Of a stretch of DNA of 64,000 nt, positions 35,891 to 48,749 are shown piece after piece. The notes below the pieces were generated by a model. The model was not told the origin of the DNA, ran no database searches, and worked only from the letters and a program-made list of their open reading frames with translations. Each line of letters begins with the position of its first letter. The stretch's first letter is position 1. This stretch comes from Marsupella aquatica (lineage: Eukaryota > Plantae > Marchantiophyta): contig OZ316898.1 of the NCBI GenBank assembly GCA_973895155.1, positions 18,859,292 through 18,923,291 of the forward strand, read 5' to 3'. Both the position numbers and the translations under genes were made by a program.

Positions 35891-38140
35891 GGAACTGGCC
35901 TCGCAGAATGGAACGGAGGTTCACCCTCCGGCACTAGCGTTGAAGTCGTCGGCAGATACTAGCACGATTGTGAGTTCCCTGGAGGCGTGTCAATTACAAT
36001 CTTCGCAAAAATGCATGTCAATTTAGGATGCAGTTGATTTTCATTCAGTGTAAACCATTTAGTGAGAAGGGCACTATCCTTGCATTTAAGTGGTTGGTTT
36101 CGTTGGGTTTTACAGACGATTTGGATAGATAGACCGTTGAAGAAGCAGAAATTAAAGATCCGAAACAGTCAAGACGGCGGTACAGTGGATAACGAAAGTC
36201 GAGACAAAGAAAGCCAAGAGGAAGAGAGTCAAGGTAAAGAAATGTACGTGCCTCTATATGATCGGGCGTGCATATCTCCCCTACCGTCTCAAGACTTCGA
36301 AAATCCAGACGGGTAAGATTGGGAACTTGGCTGTTTGTGGTGTTTCAACTAGTTTTAGATGACTGCTTAAGCCCGTGTACCAGCGTGTAGTATTCTTTTA
36401 GATCAAATGGATTTGGTGTGATTGACGCCTTTTATCAGTTACAAGGATCTATTTGTCTTAGTGGGAGTTCTTTCGAGTTTTAAGTTTTGTTTCCAACGGC
36501 TGCTTGTTGTGGATTGTCGTGATGAACAGGTTTGTCTATATGGAGCCTCAGGAAGGTTGTAGATGTTTCAATTGTGGATCTTATAGTCACGCTCTGAGAA
36601 GTTGCCCAAGGCCCCATTCTGCTGCTGCCATTAGAAATGCGCGCGAGACAGCCTTTAATAAAAGAGGTCCTAGAGCCCGAACTCCTTCAAGATATTATCA
36701 GTGCTCTCCAGGTGGCAAGTTTGATGACCTAAAACCAGGGGTGTTGTCCCTTGAGGCGAGGATGGCAATTGGAATTGGAGTATGTGTTGTTATTTCCACT
36801 TGATTATGGAGCTTTGTTTTTGATTCTGCAAGCAACATCAGCCCCGTGATCCCTTTTTTCTCTAGTAACATTTGACCTTTGATTCGACGAAACGATTTCT
36901 GAAAATAGTCATTTCGTATTGTCTGACCGATTCCTCGAGAGATGCTAAGTGATCTTTTGATGTCAGCAGGAGTTTGATCCACCCCCATGGCTATATCGGA
37001 TGCGCGATATCGGGTACCCTCCAGGTTATTTAGGTGAGGTGACATCTGAATGTATAAGATTTCTCCATCTTAAATAATGCATAAGTATCGAGTAACGGGT
37101 ATCACGAGTGACGTTGTTCAACAGAATTTTGCAACATGTGGAGGTCTGTGAGCTTTGACAGGTTCGACGGCACGTAATATACCAAATTGCTAACTTGAAT
37201 TTTGATGCATTTGGAATCCTTTGTTCTGTGTGTCTTTCTTGATAATAGACCGCTCACAGTTCAGTGTCCTGCCTCTGATGCAGAAGACGCAGAGGATGAG
37301 AGCTCAGGAGTACATATTATTAATGATGACGCACATGCTGCTGCTGGCAAAGAATCAAGCAATGATGGCAATGATGTGGAGGACCGCATTGCCGTAGAGG
37401 AGCCGAAGGCAGGACAAAAGAAGACTGTTGATTACCCAGGAATCAACGCTCCAATACCGGAGAATGCCGATCCAAAAAGTTGGGCAGCTCCTCCGGAAAT
37501 TCAACCTCTGGAATCAAGAGGTTGCAAGAGGCCATATCATCAGATCAGCCATATGCATAACAGTGGATTTGGCCCGTTGTCTCCTCAGTCACCCTGGGCG
37601 GGAGGAATGGGTGACGCCGATCTAAGAGGAGAGGAAGGCTACGTCAGAAGTAAACCCAGAGGCTATGCCGAAGGTTACTCCAGATATAAATTTGATGAGG
37701 TGGAATCGCAAATCGATGTTTACGGCTCCGATTTGTATTGCGCAACGTCCCCTATCGTAAATATGAATGGAAATCTGTTAGTTGATCCTGTAATTCACTG
37801 GTCCAATAGAAGAATTAGTGGAACGAGTTCTTTTGCGGCAGAAGGAACTAATTATCATGATACCAGGTTTGATATGCAGACTTATCATCATCATATTCCT
37901 TCAATTCCATCGGGCTTGGCATCTCCTCTAAGGGGCATGTTTCAAACTCCTAGCGCAGCGGAACCTATGCCCTCAACATCGCACATTTACTCTTGTCATT
38001 ACTATAACCACAGTCAGACGCAAGGACCTCCTTTGCCTAGTGCCCAAAGTCCAAGCCAAACTGCAAATCCGGCATGGCTTAAAGCACAAGCAGCTCTAGA
38101 TGCTATATCACCAAGTCGGATTTCCGGAGGCTTACTATAA
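35685..38140 (+). CDS. ZCCHC8: Zinc-knuckle + PSP domain protein, ZCCHC8-like (NEXT exosome cofactor)
   Basis: Phase-compatible exons 35685-35969, 36116-36312, 36530-36779, 36970-37033 and 37260-38140; CFNCGSYSHALRSC knuckle, RYY, LKPGVLS, EFDPPPWLYRMRDIGYPPGYL (PSP), VDYPGINAPIP. Start codon uncertain. Confidence 0.85.
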
Positions 38141-40624
38141 TCACCTCGCCGAGTTCCTACAGGTGCTCTGCAAAACTCCAGAGATCCAAGAGTGCAGCAT
38201 CAGAGGGGGAGAGGGTAACTAGGAGTAGCCTTTCCTTGCTGTAGATATTGTCGAAAGTAGTGTGGTGTTGGATCGAGCAAAAGTATTCACTCTGTATATA
38301 TGGAGCCTGCTAGCTCAAGTAGGTCCCGTCAATTTGCATCTGTATGGCAGATCATTAGAATTTGTTTTTTAGGTAGAGGATCATGAGTCAACAGTCCATC
38401 CGGATTGGCTTTTCTCACCTTGGAGTAATGATCGATCTCGTCTTTCCTAGTATTTGCTCGCCCCAGGGGCCTAGTTTTGACATACCGAAGCTAAACTTAG
38501 GTGCTTAATATCTGCACATTTGCTTGTGGGTAGGGAAGGAAATATAAGAGATAGACTAGTACAGTAGAGTGTCCTCTAAGACGCTCTTCGACGTCGATAG
38601 GATCTTAGGTTCACTTGGGTTAGGGAGGATTTTACTTGTAGCTGATCGTTGTTTATCTGTTAGAATTTAGGTCAACGACTGGAAGTCTTTGAGGAAAAGC
38701 GTAGTTGAATTGAGGTAGATCTTTTGGCTGATGTAGGGAAGAATTGTGCTGTTGGGTGCAAGTCCCAAAACAGAACTTCAGTCTCGGGGGCTTGACTTAC
38801 GCTGTCTGGTGGGTTCTAGGAGAACAATTGCCATTGTATGTAACCATTACAGAAGTTGGAACTTTACTTTGCTCCTCAATTTGTTTTGAGGGGGTCCATG
38901 GACGTCAAATCTGAATATATAGTAGCTTGTGCTTCTTCCCCTGGAAACCCATGGTGGAAAGTGCAATATTCCTTCAACAATAACTCCAGATTACCTTCCA
39001 ACCAGAGCTCAAGATTACGGACTCAGTATCTGGTGGTGTAAGATTCAAAGCCTATTGCTTTTCTCATTCTTGCTAATTTAATATCATGTGGTAGCTTTTT
39101 GTTAAGGATCAGCGCTGCAGAGATGAGCACCATTTCCAGGCCTTTAGTTTAGCTGGAAATTCGCTCTCAGGAGTCTGATGCCATGTTTATGGAAGGGCCT
39201 AGATGCAAGGGGAAACTTGTCAATGAGAAATTATCCTCACAAGGTGAATTAATTTCTTATTATCAGGCTTCCTTGCATTTAGAAGGTTGGTCTTCAAATG
39301 ATATTGGTTGGGTGGGTATCCTGGCCCTGGATTCTCAAAGTAAGGGTGATTCTATTGAGGACCCAGAATTGTCGTCACTTTTCGACAACTTTGTTTTGAG
39401 CAGATCCAGGTGATGCTGTGCTGGCTGCGAGGGTACGCACGACACGGTTGCAGTTGGAAGCCATGTTTTTAGAAACTTTCTCTTTGGATCATCTGGTCTC
39501 ACAATTGCTAGGCTGATGGCGATGGACCTCATTTGTTGTGTTCTTTCACAGATACCGGGCATGTGACCAGGGATGAGTCAGATTTGGGGCCTCCCGTCTA
39601 ACTGGAAGTCTATAAGATGCGGCTGGGCCGCTCCAACGACCCCAACATACCAACTTGGGAGTCTGAAAGTACTATTGTGGATCTGGTTGTGTCAGCCTTT
39701 CAGCTTGTGGTTCCAGAAAAACTGCAAACTGCCAGCTGCAAAACTTCGGAGCCTGGCACTGCTTTAGGATTTACTTTTGGATCCAGTGCTGACTGGAAAG
39801 CTTGTGGAGATTGTTACTGCTGCCTTGCCAATATTTTACCTTTAGAGGGTCCCTCTGAGGCCAGTGGTACTGAAAGCGCTGAGATTGATGCTGCTGCTGG
39901 GGGATTCCAAGCGTAATTCTTGACGTGGCTTTGACAGTTCCAGCGTTTTTAAATTTGGGACATCAATGCACTGAAGTGGTTCAGGTTAGCGGTGTAAATG
40001 CTTCACAATTGAGAATCCGAGCTATTCTCTTGGGAGAAAACTGATTACTTACTGAGTTGCTGCTCACGATTTTTCACCCTTCTGTCTTTGGATATCTTCC
40101 ACTGATAAGAGGCATCCTAATAGGCCTAATATGGGAGTGTTGATGGAGGCCAGAAAGGTTTTGGATACACCCGCGAAATCCAAATCTCTGTCGCAGGCAA
40201 TTTTTAGTTTCCATCATTTAGGGAAGTAAAGGTGCTAAAGGTTTTGCTCATCCTCTGTCCTGTTGTGGTGTGCACTGAAGTTTTATGGTTGCTTAGTCTA
40301 TTTGTTTCTTTCTTGATGCAGTGCTTTTCGGTGGTCAGTTATTCAGTGTCTGCTCTGGCGGTGCTTCTGTGTGGGCACTGCCACTTTTGCCATGTTTTTA
40401 TTCTTCCCATCCAAATTGGAAAGAAGGAAGAAGGCCTTGCTCATCTTTCTACCAAGCCAATCACAAAGCCAATGGATGTTCACCCCGACTGAAAAGAGAC
40501 GCAATCGGGCCTCTAGACTGTTTCTATAAAAAAACTCTCACCCACCGAATATTGAGAACGATGCCAGACAAATTACCAAATGAGCGTCTGCTACTATTTA
40601 TGTTATGATTCGAACAAGCAGATG

Positions 40625-41210
40625 ATTGCTTGGATGCGCTACTTGGATGCGCTACTTGGATGCGCTTTATGCGGTACGACACTGTTGTTAAATGATCACT
40701 GGGATGTCCCTTGAGCCATGGATGCGCTACTTGGATGCGCTTTATGCGGTAAAACACTGTTGTCAAATGATCACTGGGATGTCCCTTGAGCCATCGCCAT
40801 AGGCACCTTTATCATTCAACATTGCGTCATTTTATCTGGTGGCCACAGGCAGCCGAAATAATCATCACAGGTCCCTGTCGTCAATCATCTTCGAAGCGGA
40901 TTAATACGCAAAATAAAGAAGGGGCATAGTTTCGAAAACCGGGAGCTGTGTCTACGCAATGACCCATAAAACCTAGAGTACAGCTACAGAAAGAATGAAT
41001 CCGTGGAGAAATTTGAGAATGCTTTATAGTAAATTGCTAGGGTCCAAGATGCGGATGAATACGCAACATAGGGAAGAGGCAAATCATGATGGATTCGAGA
41101 GCGGGGAGCCGTATCTACGCAATGTCCCATAAAACCAAGGGTAAGGAGCTAAAGAAGGAATGAATCGGTGGAGAAATTTGAGAATAGTTCCATCGCAAAT
41201 TGCTAGGGTC
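40625..41210. repeat. Two local duplications (~74 bp x2 and ~170 bp x2)
   Basis: gatgcgctacttggatgcgctttatgcggta...ttgagccat occurs twice; aatacgcaa...aaattgctagggtcc occurs twice. Confidence 0.75.
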
Positions 41211-41751
41211 CGAGAAAAATGCAGCCATGGTGACTTGTCACAATATTCGTCTACATGGGTCTATGGCTCTTTGAACTCTCGTTGCTGTGATCAGATTTAG
41301 ATTGGGGAGAAAGATGATTGCCACTCGGTTCTCGCGATTGGCCAGTCATCGGAGCCCTCTTTGTAGGATGAACGCCTTGCTGTCACTCACTCCCACATCC
41401 CGACCGACAGGTCTTGTGGTTCTTCCGCTTGGAGTTCAAACGTTGAACCCCTAATGTTCGTGAATTGGCCTCCTTATCTGTGACTCATTCCCACATCCCT
41501 ACCCACTTCACAAAAGCCTTGAATTCACTCAGTCGCCTCCCTCGACCGTCATTCTTTCCTTACGTCCATGGACCCTCATCAACTCTCCGTGTCGTAGATC
41601 CATCTCAACTCTTCTCTCCCTTCTCTTGCTCTGTCTATTTGACTGTGTGCATGCACTCTGCCTCTTCTCTCTTTGCTTCTCTTCTTGCCTCCACCTGAGG
41701 ATGGATCTCTAGATTCCTAACCTCCAGGCTAATTCATCCATATCGCAACCT

Positions 41752-43497
41752 ATGCCTGTGATGGAATTGGTCCTCAGCCGTTCCGTTGGTTCTACACTGG
41801 CATGGAACAGAGCCAGTTCGTCTTTTAGGAACGCCTCGACTGCTGCAGGTTTCGGAGGCGGTGGAGATGTGAGATGGGCAGAATTGGGCAGCTGTTTCAT
41901 AACCTCCAGGAGGCCGTCTACTGCACTGGAGGCGGGGAGGAGTAAGGCAAAAAAGGGGCAGAGCTCTGGGGGAAGTGGAAGGATTGAACGGCGTCCCGTC
42001 TCGCCTGGAAGGCCCAAGCCATCAAATGTAGGGGAGTCTCGGGACAAGACGACAGGAGGCAGGGAGGGTTTAAGTCAGGGAGAACAGCAGCAGGGGAGAG
42101 ATGCTGTTGATAGACAGAGTGAAGGCAGGGTGGGTGGTGAAAGTAGTGAGGAGGAATTGAATTCAACCTGGCGGGAATTAGGGTTGGGAGAGAGGCGTGC
42201 TGGAGGAAAGTTCGTACCAGGAAAAGGGACACCGATGAAGGAGGCAACACGAGTGGGAGGATGGGGGAGGGACAAGTCTATGCAACGTGTGATCACTCCC
42301 GAGGAGCAACGAGCAAACAGAGGAGCGAGACGAGAACGAGCACGGTCAGGGGTTAAATTGAAGGCACCAAATTCCGAAGCTCCAGTTGTGAAGAAGAAGA
42401 AAAAGGCATGGAATGCAGATTTTGACCCCGACCCCAGGATTCGACACCCTCCTGAGTACTACAAATATGGGCCTTACGGTCCCTATGCCTGGAAAGGGGT
42501 TCCTGTGGGTAAAATCGTTGAAGGGGATTGGGCCACAAATCAGGTGGTTTACTTCTCCACCGTGGAGGACGAAGCTGAGGCTGAGGACCGTAAGCGTTAT
42601 AATGTTGCAGTTGACTACACCAACGAGGTAGCTACATTTGATGTTAACATTGGAGTCCGATACTTCTACGTTTTTGCCAGGAGAAAATTTGGGCCCAGGC
42701 CGGATCCCTGGGAGGATTGGACTCTCGTCGCTCAGATCGCAGTAGAAACAGGAAGGGACCTTGGGGATCAAGGGGCCATCTTCCGAAATATTGGAAGCAA
42801 GGCACAGGACGTTGTCACCCAATGTGTGGCATGGGCTCGTCCAGATCTTACTTATGTGAAAAAGCCAAAATTTCACATGAGGTTGGAACCTCAGGAAGAA
42901 TTCCTGAAGGAACTGTTCAACGTCTTAGACCCCACCAAAGATGGGAATGACACCGATTCCTTTTATGCAACCCTCTGCAGACTTGTGAAGGTTGACATAG
43001 AGGCGAGCCCAAGGAGGGTGAGGAAAGGGTTTGAAGCTTTGGACGAGCAGGGTAAAATGGAGTGCCTGAAACATGTGTTTACCAAGCATCCCGTCCACAT
43101 TTTGTCGAGTGCACGATATGAGAGGCAGCGTAGGGAACTGAGAGGAGAACTGCTAATAGAAGATGGCTCGGCTGATCTCCCATCTGAAGAAGAAGCCTAT
43201 GATGAATCTACTGACCCAGTTGATGCTGAGGACAGGAACCTCGAAGGGTCAATGGATATTGGAAGACTAGAAGAAACAGATGCCGATAGTCTAGAACAGT
43301 ATGGTGAACCAGATAATGTTGCTTCAGACCCGACAAGGTTGCCACAGAAGAGGCCGGGAAAGGCAAAGAGGAGGTTATACTTTAAGCCAGTATTTAGGTC
43401 AGCAGTTAGACCTTATTCTTACGCCAATGTCATAGAGGAGATTGCAGAAATTCGGACCTATGTCTCTCGAAAGCGGGTCATGGCTAGCGTTAGCTAA
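41752..43497 (+). CDS. PTAC12: PLASTID TRANSCRIPTIONALLY ACTIVE 12 / HEMERA / PAP5, single coding exon
   Basis: 581-aa ORF with Ser/Arg-rich transit-like N-terminus and YGPYGPYAWKGV, RYFYVFARR, PWEDWTLVAQI, QCVAWARPDLTYVKKP..RLEPQEEF and RSAVRPYSYANVIEEI, all matching pTAC12 blocks. Confidence 0.9.
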   Translation: MPVMELVLSRSVGSTLAWNRASSSFRNASTAAGFGGGGDVRWAELGSCFITSRRPSTALEAGRSKAKKGQSSGGSGRIERRPVSPGRPKPSNVGESRDKTTGGREGLSQGEQQQGRDAVDRQSEGRVGGESSEEELNSTWRELGLGERRAGGKFVPGKGTPMKEATRVGGWGRDKSMQRVITPEEQRANRGARRERARSGVKLKAPNSEAPVVKKKKKAWNADFDPDPRIRHPPEYYKYGPYGPYAWKGVPVGKIVEGDWATNQVVYFSTVEDEAEAEDRKRYNVAVDYTNEVATFDVNIGVRYFYVFARRKFGPRPDPWEDWTLVAQIAVETGRDLGDQGAIFRNIGSKAQDVVTQCVAWARPDLTYVKKPKFHMRLEPQEEFLKELFNVLDPTKDGNDTDSFYATLCRLVKVDIEASPRRVRKGFEALDEQGKMECLKHVFTKHPVHILSSARYERQRRELRGELLIEDGSADLPSEEEAYDESTDPVDAEDRNLEGSMDIGRLEETDADSLEQYGEPDNVASDPTRLPQKRPGKAKRRLYFKPVFRSAVRPYSYANVIEEIAEIRTYVSRKRVMASVS

Positions 43498-43581
43498 TCT
43501 TAAGCCAAGGTCATAGAGGAGATTGCAGAAATTCTAACCTATGTCTCTCTAAAGCGGTCCATGGCCAGCGTTAGCTAATCT
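43423..43581 (+). repeat. 81-bp tandem duplication of the pTAC12 final codons and stop
   Basis: gtcatagaggagattgcagaaatt...gcgttagctaatct at 43429 and 43510. Confidence 0.9.
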
Positions 43582-44895
43582 AGAAAGTGCTGGGATAAGT
43601 GCCGTCCGAAACCTTTGGTAGTGACTTGCCTATTGACAAATCGGTGATGTTGATGAGGGCCTCGCAATTGATCTCTCGATAATTTCCCCGATTTGAGGCA
43701 TCCTTTACTAACTCGAGCACCGTCTTTGGCCTGGGATTCTGTTGCCCACCGTGCAGAGTGACATGAGTTTTATCTTCGAAATCATTTCTAGAGTTGTAGT
43801 AGATACATCTTTCTCTTCGACGGTGTAGCCTTGAGCACACTAAACCCAAAACCCTGAACTTAGAGTGCTGCTCAGAATTGTTGAGATCATCATGTTTACA
43901 TACATCTGTAGGCTATGTCATGTGTCTTTTTACTCGGTCGCGTGTGCATAGTAGGTTGGGCGGGGACAATGTTGCCACTGGAGTTCAGACCGAGTACTTC
44001 TAGATGAGAAGAAACGAAAAAGAGAGTGGACGGAGGACGTCTGGAATGGTGGAATGGAGAGTTTCAGGTCATTGCTGGAGACACGAGGACTGACTAAAGT
44101 CGAATGTGCCAATAATGTACCTGATTGAGTCTTTTACATGAATGCATTGAGCATAAGTAGGAGAGTGAACTGCTACGACAGAGGTTATAGAAATGCTGCA
44201 TAAATTGAGCATCACAGCTTTCAGTGACGACAAGTTTGGCCGTTTGTGGTCACCTCATACATTTGGTGGCGATGGACTAAGTTGTCCAATACAGTGTGTC
44301 TTCGTGTGGATACAACTCATTGCAGTGTGTCTTCGTGTGGGGCACAACTCATTGCAGTCATCTCGAAAGGGCATTGCTTATCGTAAAGTAAGGATAAACT
44401 ATAAGATCGCCATCCAAATTTTTCTACACTACAAAACTGGCCATGAACTTCCAAAATGACTTTGCCCTTCACTCGCTTCCAATCGATGTAGTCCATTAGA
44501 GGCAGAAACAACAACGAAACAAGTATCCTCAAGAAATGCTTCTGATGACAGCCCGATATGTGGCTGATCTCAGAGTCGAGGGAGTCCTGGAGGACACTCG
44601 GTTTGCCACCATAACCAGATAAATAACAAACATAAGCTTGTCGCTTGATTCTACACAATGTTACTACTCGGGCATATAGACCTTGCCATAACAAAAGAAA
44701 CATAAGTTTGGTCACTTGATCTCCACACTTTTACTAATTCTACTACTTGGGCATATAAAACGGCCCACAGATATGGCACCTAATTGTCACAATGCTTTCG
44801 TTTGGCTTGGTATCGCTGAACCATGTGACCTGTTGACGTGCCATGCATCCAATTTGAGTGACAATCACTCTTGTCATTTGTATTGTAGTGTAGGC

Positions 44896-45017
44896 TACCC
44901 CACTGACCCTCATTCAACATCAACTCATGTTCTGCAAGTTGTTGTAGGAGTGAGGAGGCTACCCACTGACCGTCATTCACCAATAACTCATGTTCTGCAA
45001 GTTGTTGTAGAAGTGAG
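44896..45017. repeat. ~63-bp tandem repeat x2
   Basis: ggctacccactgacc.tcattca.ca..aactcatgttctgcaagttgttgtag occurs twice. Confidence 0.8.
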
Positions 45018-45169
45018 TTGATCAAATAACATGTCCCCTGCTTATCAATCAATCCATGTTTACCAGCTCTTAAAAAAATTGCATAGTTGGAACCATACAA
45101 ATCCAACACTCTTTTGTCAATGAATTTCAGAGCCTCATTAATCAAATGCAGGGCTGCTAGATTGCTATA

Positions 45170-45375
45170 TTGCTACTCTTAAGTGGATCCAAAAAGCACA
45201 TAGAGCTCTTGCAGCGGTTTGGGCTTGAGATGGAACAACACTCTTTGTTGATGGGCCAGGTGGGACAGGCAAAACCTTGTTCTTATGAGGGGAGTGTGAG
45301 TAGATTGGGACGTCGCATTGATCATGGCTTCCTCAGGTATTGCAAGTCTTTTGTTAGATGGACCGCAACTCCCAA
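45170..45375 (+). pseudogene. Helitron Pif1-like helicase fragment
   Basis: LFVDGPGGTGKTLF (Walker A, 45241-45282) and MASSGIASLLLDG (45323-45362), with stops and a frameshift. Confidence 0.7.
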
Positions 45376-45874
45376 TACAGACAAAACTAATAATAAGGTT
45401 CAATAAGGTCAAAATTTTAAATGAAATGTATAAAAGTGACATTAGCTGAAAAAGAGACAAAAACTGAAATGAGTATGGAAGAAAAACAAGGATGGGGCAA
45501 AAGCTAACCAAAATAGCATATAATTTTTTTTGTGCAAGATTTTAATTCATATCTATTTAGTTTCAAGTAACTGGTAATGGGGCTAGTCTCTCGGTTTGGC
45601 GTTTGTGCTTTTTGGCAATCTAATATAGGCTAGTATCCCTACTAACACTAATTATTGTAGACGCATTCTTCTGTACAGAAGAAATACAAAGAGAAATGAA
45701 TACAAAGAGAAAATCTTGAAGGGAGGGATTCGAAAGCAAATAGACTGACTACAAGTGGAGAGCAAAGCACAAGGACGAGACCATTTGTGTTCCGAGAGGA
45801 AAGCAATCGAGCAGCTGCAGTAGAGGATATTGAACGAACGAGACGAGTCGAGGCTTGACGGGACGAGAGACACA

Positions 45875-47318
45875 ATGTGGAGGACGGCAGGCTCTGCGTT
45901 GCGGAAGCAGGTGGCATCACTTGTAGTGCCTTCCACCGCGGTCGCCAAACAGCCCGTGGCTGCTGTTTCCACACAGGTACTGTAGATGCCACTTTACTAT
46001 CGATCGCTACTAGACAGCACACCCATGTATACTCCCGTTGATTGCTATGTTCGAGAGAGAGTTGCTTTTTCGGGAGATGATTTCTCTCCTCTGAGCATCG
46101 ATCGGATCGGATTATCAGACGGGCTTTCCAGCTCGATGTGGGTTGGGGTAGACTTCTGTGGGTGCATTTTATGACTTCGGATTTGGGTTTGGTTTGATGG
46201 GCTTGTTGAGACAATGACGAGGTTTTGTCAAGCGGAGGGAATGGAAACCCTAAGCTAGTAGTGAAGACGTAATGGAAGCATAATTGTCCACCTAACCGAA
46301 CAGTTCGTGGTGTCTTGTCCTCGCAACGACTCAGCAGCAATTGCGCAGAATGGCCACGGAGCTTCGCCCGAGAGAACAAAAGGTTTGATTTGTTTCTTTG
46401 AGTTCATTACCCAATGGTCGCGTCCTTGTTTCTCTTCCATGTCATAAGGGTTCATTACTGTACAGGGAATTGACTTTCACGAAATTTCGTTCTTTCATGC
46501 ACACGCACGATAGTTTCGCAAACTTTGCACGAGAATGAATGAGCTTCCCTTTCAGTTTCAAAGCGACCGAATCGGGTCTCATGGGGAGTAAGAAAGAGAG
46601 GTATGCCAATAGAAATATATACACATGCAATCTAAAGTATTGGTCGTATAACCCTAAATACATCTTTCAACGGTGTGTGTTCAGCTGCTCGAAGAAGACC
46701 CTGCCTTGAAGTCATTCAAATCTGAGAGAGGCAAGATTGAACTGATCAAGAGGATTGGTGACGTGCTCGTAATCGCCGTCGTGGCTGGTATTTTTTGTCC
46801 TAAGTTTTGCTCTATCAACCGTTTTCACGCATGGTCAGAAGTGACTAGGGTATTGGCTTGGAGTAATCCTCTCTCTATCTAAATTGCTGACCAATTCAAT
46901 ATGTGTGGTCTTTATATGAATGCCTGTCGAAGGTAGTTGTGGTTCTTGTGTCTAGTCAGTTCTTCTATCTTGAAGTTGGCCCAAGGCTACTACGTCCTCA
47001 ATAATTGCCTGTAAGCTCAGGAAAAAAACTATTTCCACATTAACTACGTCTTATGCCTTCCAGCTCCGCGACAATAACCGAACACTGTACATGTGTTGTA
47101 GTCTGACATTCCTTCATCATGATAGGAAGTTTCAGGGAAGAAAGATAGTTGTTATGTCTGTCCAGAGTTTAACCTCTAAAGGGACCAGGAGACCCCACTG
47201 AATCATCTTGACCATTGCTATTGACCCCATGACTCTTCCAGGGTCGACATACGAGATATATTATCGTGTAATGGAAAAAAAGACTGCACACGCAGAGGAA
47301 TCAGTCAAAGAAGCGTGA
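45875..47318 (+). CDS. SDH7: Succinate dehydrogenase subunit 7, mitochondrial
   Basis: Exons 45875-45976 (presequence MWRTAGSALRKQ...), ~46335-46382, 46685-46787 and 47242-47318; PREQKLLEEDPALKSFKS...KRIGDVLVIAVVAGSTYEIY matches plant SDH7. Confidence 0.85.
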
Positions 47319-48749
47319 AATACTGTTTTGGAGTGACAGAAGTCCAAAGATGCACCGTCTGGAATGGCCGCTTCGAGTTGCACCATCGGCATACATGCAG
47401 AAAGGTCGACGGTGTCGAGCTGAGATGGTCATGAACAAGGACTAGCGCTGCCTGGAACAGTTTTAGCAAGCGTGGAAGTGCTCACTTCATGGTTCTTGAA
47501 ATGAAAAATCACAAATAGTTCATGACGACCCGCGCCTTGTACAGATTGTTTTGATGTGTGAGCTTTATACTTCCATGACGTTGCCTATGTAAATGATCTT
47601 TTTAACAAACTTCGAAGTATTTGCAATGTATAGAGTATTGATACAAAAGGTGGGGTTTTGATTATTTGGTTACATGTATTGGGTATCTTGAGCTCACCAG
47701 TAGAGCTGACTCATAACATGCACTTCTTTTGGCTTATGTGCTGTAGATCACTTTACTCGGAGCTATGTCTGCACATTACATCTAAACAATTTAAGCACTA
47801 AGTAAATAAAGATGTTGCCCACAATCTAGTTCAAGTCTCTCATGCTTGTTATGCAAGCCAACAATTGTTGGCAAAATTGGTCTACGAGTCTTTCCAGAAT
47901 ATTGGGTGACAATTTCGTCAGTGGATTTGTTTCCTCCTACTGTGTTGGAGCTTCGAACAAAATCTCCTTGGGTTGCTTTGGGGCAGGTCAACATTGACCG
48001 AAGTGCGTTGTGGATAATTGTGGGGGAACTCGGCCCCATCGACAAAGGAACACCTACCTACCGATTTTGACCCTCATTTGTATCCAAAGATTTCTAAAAT
48101 GATAATCATTGGGCTGTTCACAAGCCAATCTGGAAACCTCCAGTCTCGAAGACGGCAAACTCATAGTGGACTCTTGTCGCTGATGTTTTACAGTCTCCAT
48201 TGTCTAAAAGATCTGTTTGTGAGGGTCTAAAAAAATTCAATGACTCTTGCCGGATTGCCGAGATTACCAAACACTGGATACGAATAGGTCTATATCTCAA
48301 AGATAGGTGACAACTAAGTGGGGAGACAATGGGTGTATGAGGAACCGAAGTTAACACGCATCAAGGTCACTGGGTCGCCGGGACCAACACTGTTCAAAGA
48401 CTACTGAGCATCCAGGATTGCCAGAGAGACGACGCAAACAGGCAGACAAGTCCTAAAAATATTTCATTTCAAGTTCTCACAAGAAACCCCACAAGAGAAA
48501 GGAACAGAAGCACAGGCAGGCACTTTCCAGAACTAAGGGAAATAATGACAACCAAGTGATCGAATTGAGAACCCTACTTTAAGAGTGATCTAGACAGTAT
48601 TAGTCTACCAAATTGCTCCCTCTACTTCGTGCTTGCCCTTTCAAACTATGCAACACCGATGTAGCCTTGTTGGGCAAGATATTGGTCCAGAGACAGCAGA
48701 GTAAAGAACGTCAACCAGAATGAGTGGAAATGCATATAGCAAGCTGCCC

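Noticed and set aside
42346-42876. 176-aa minus-strand ORF
   Set aside because: Antisense shadow of pTAC12.
45648-46379. 243-aa minus-strand ORF
   Set aside because: Antisense to SDH7 exon 1 and intron 1, non-ATG start, no recognisable domain.
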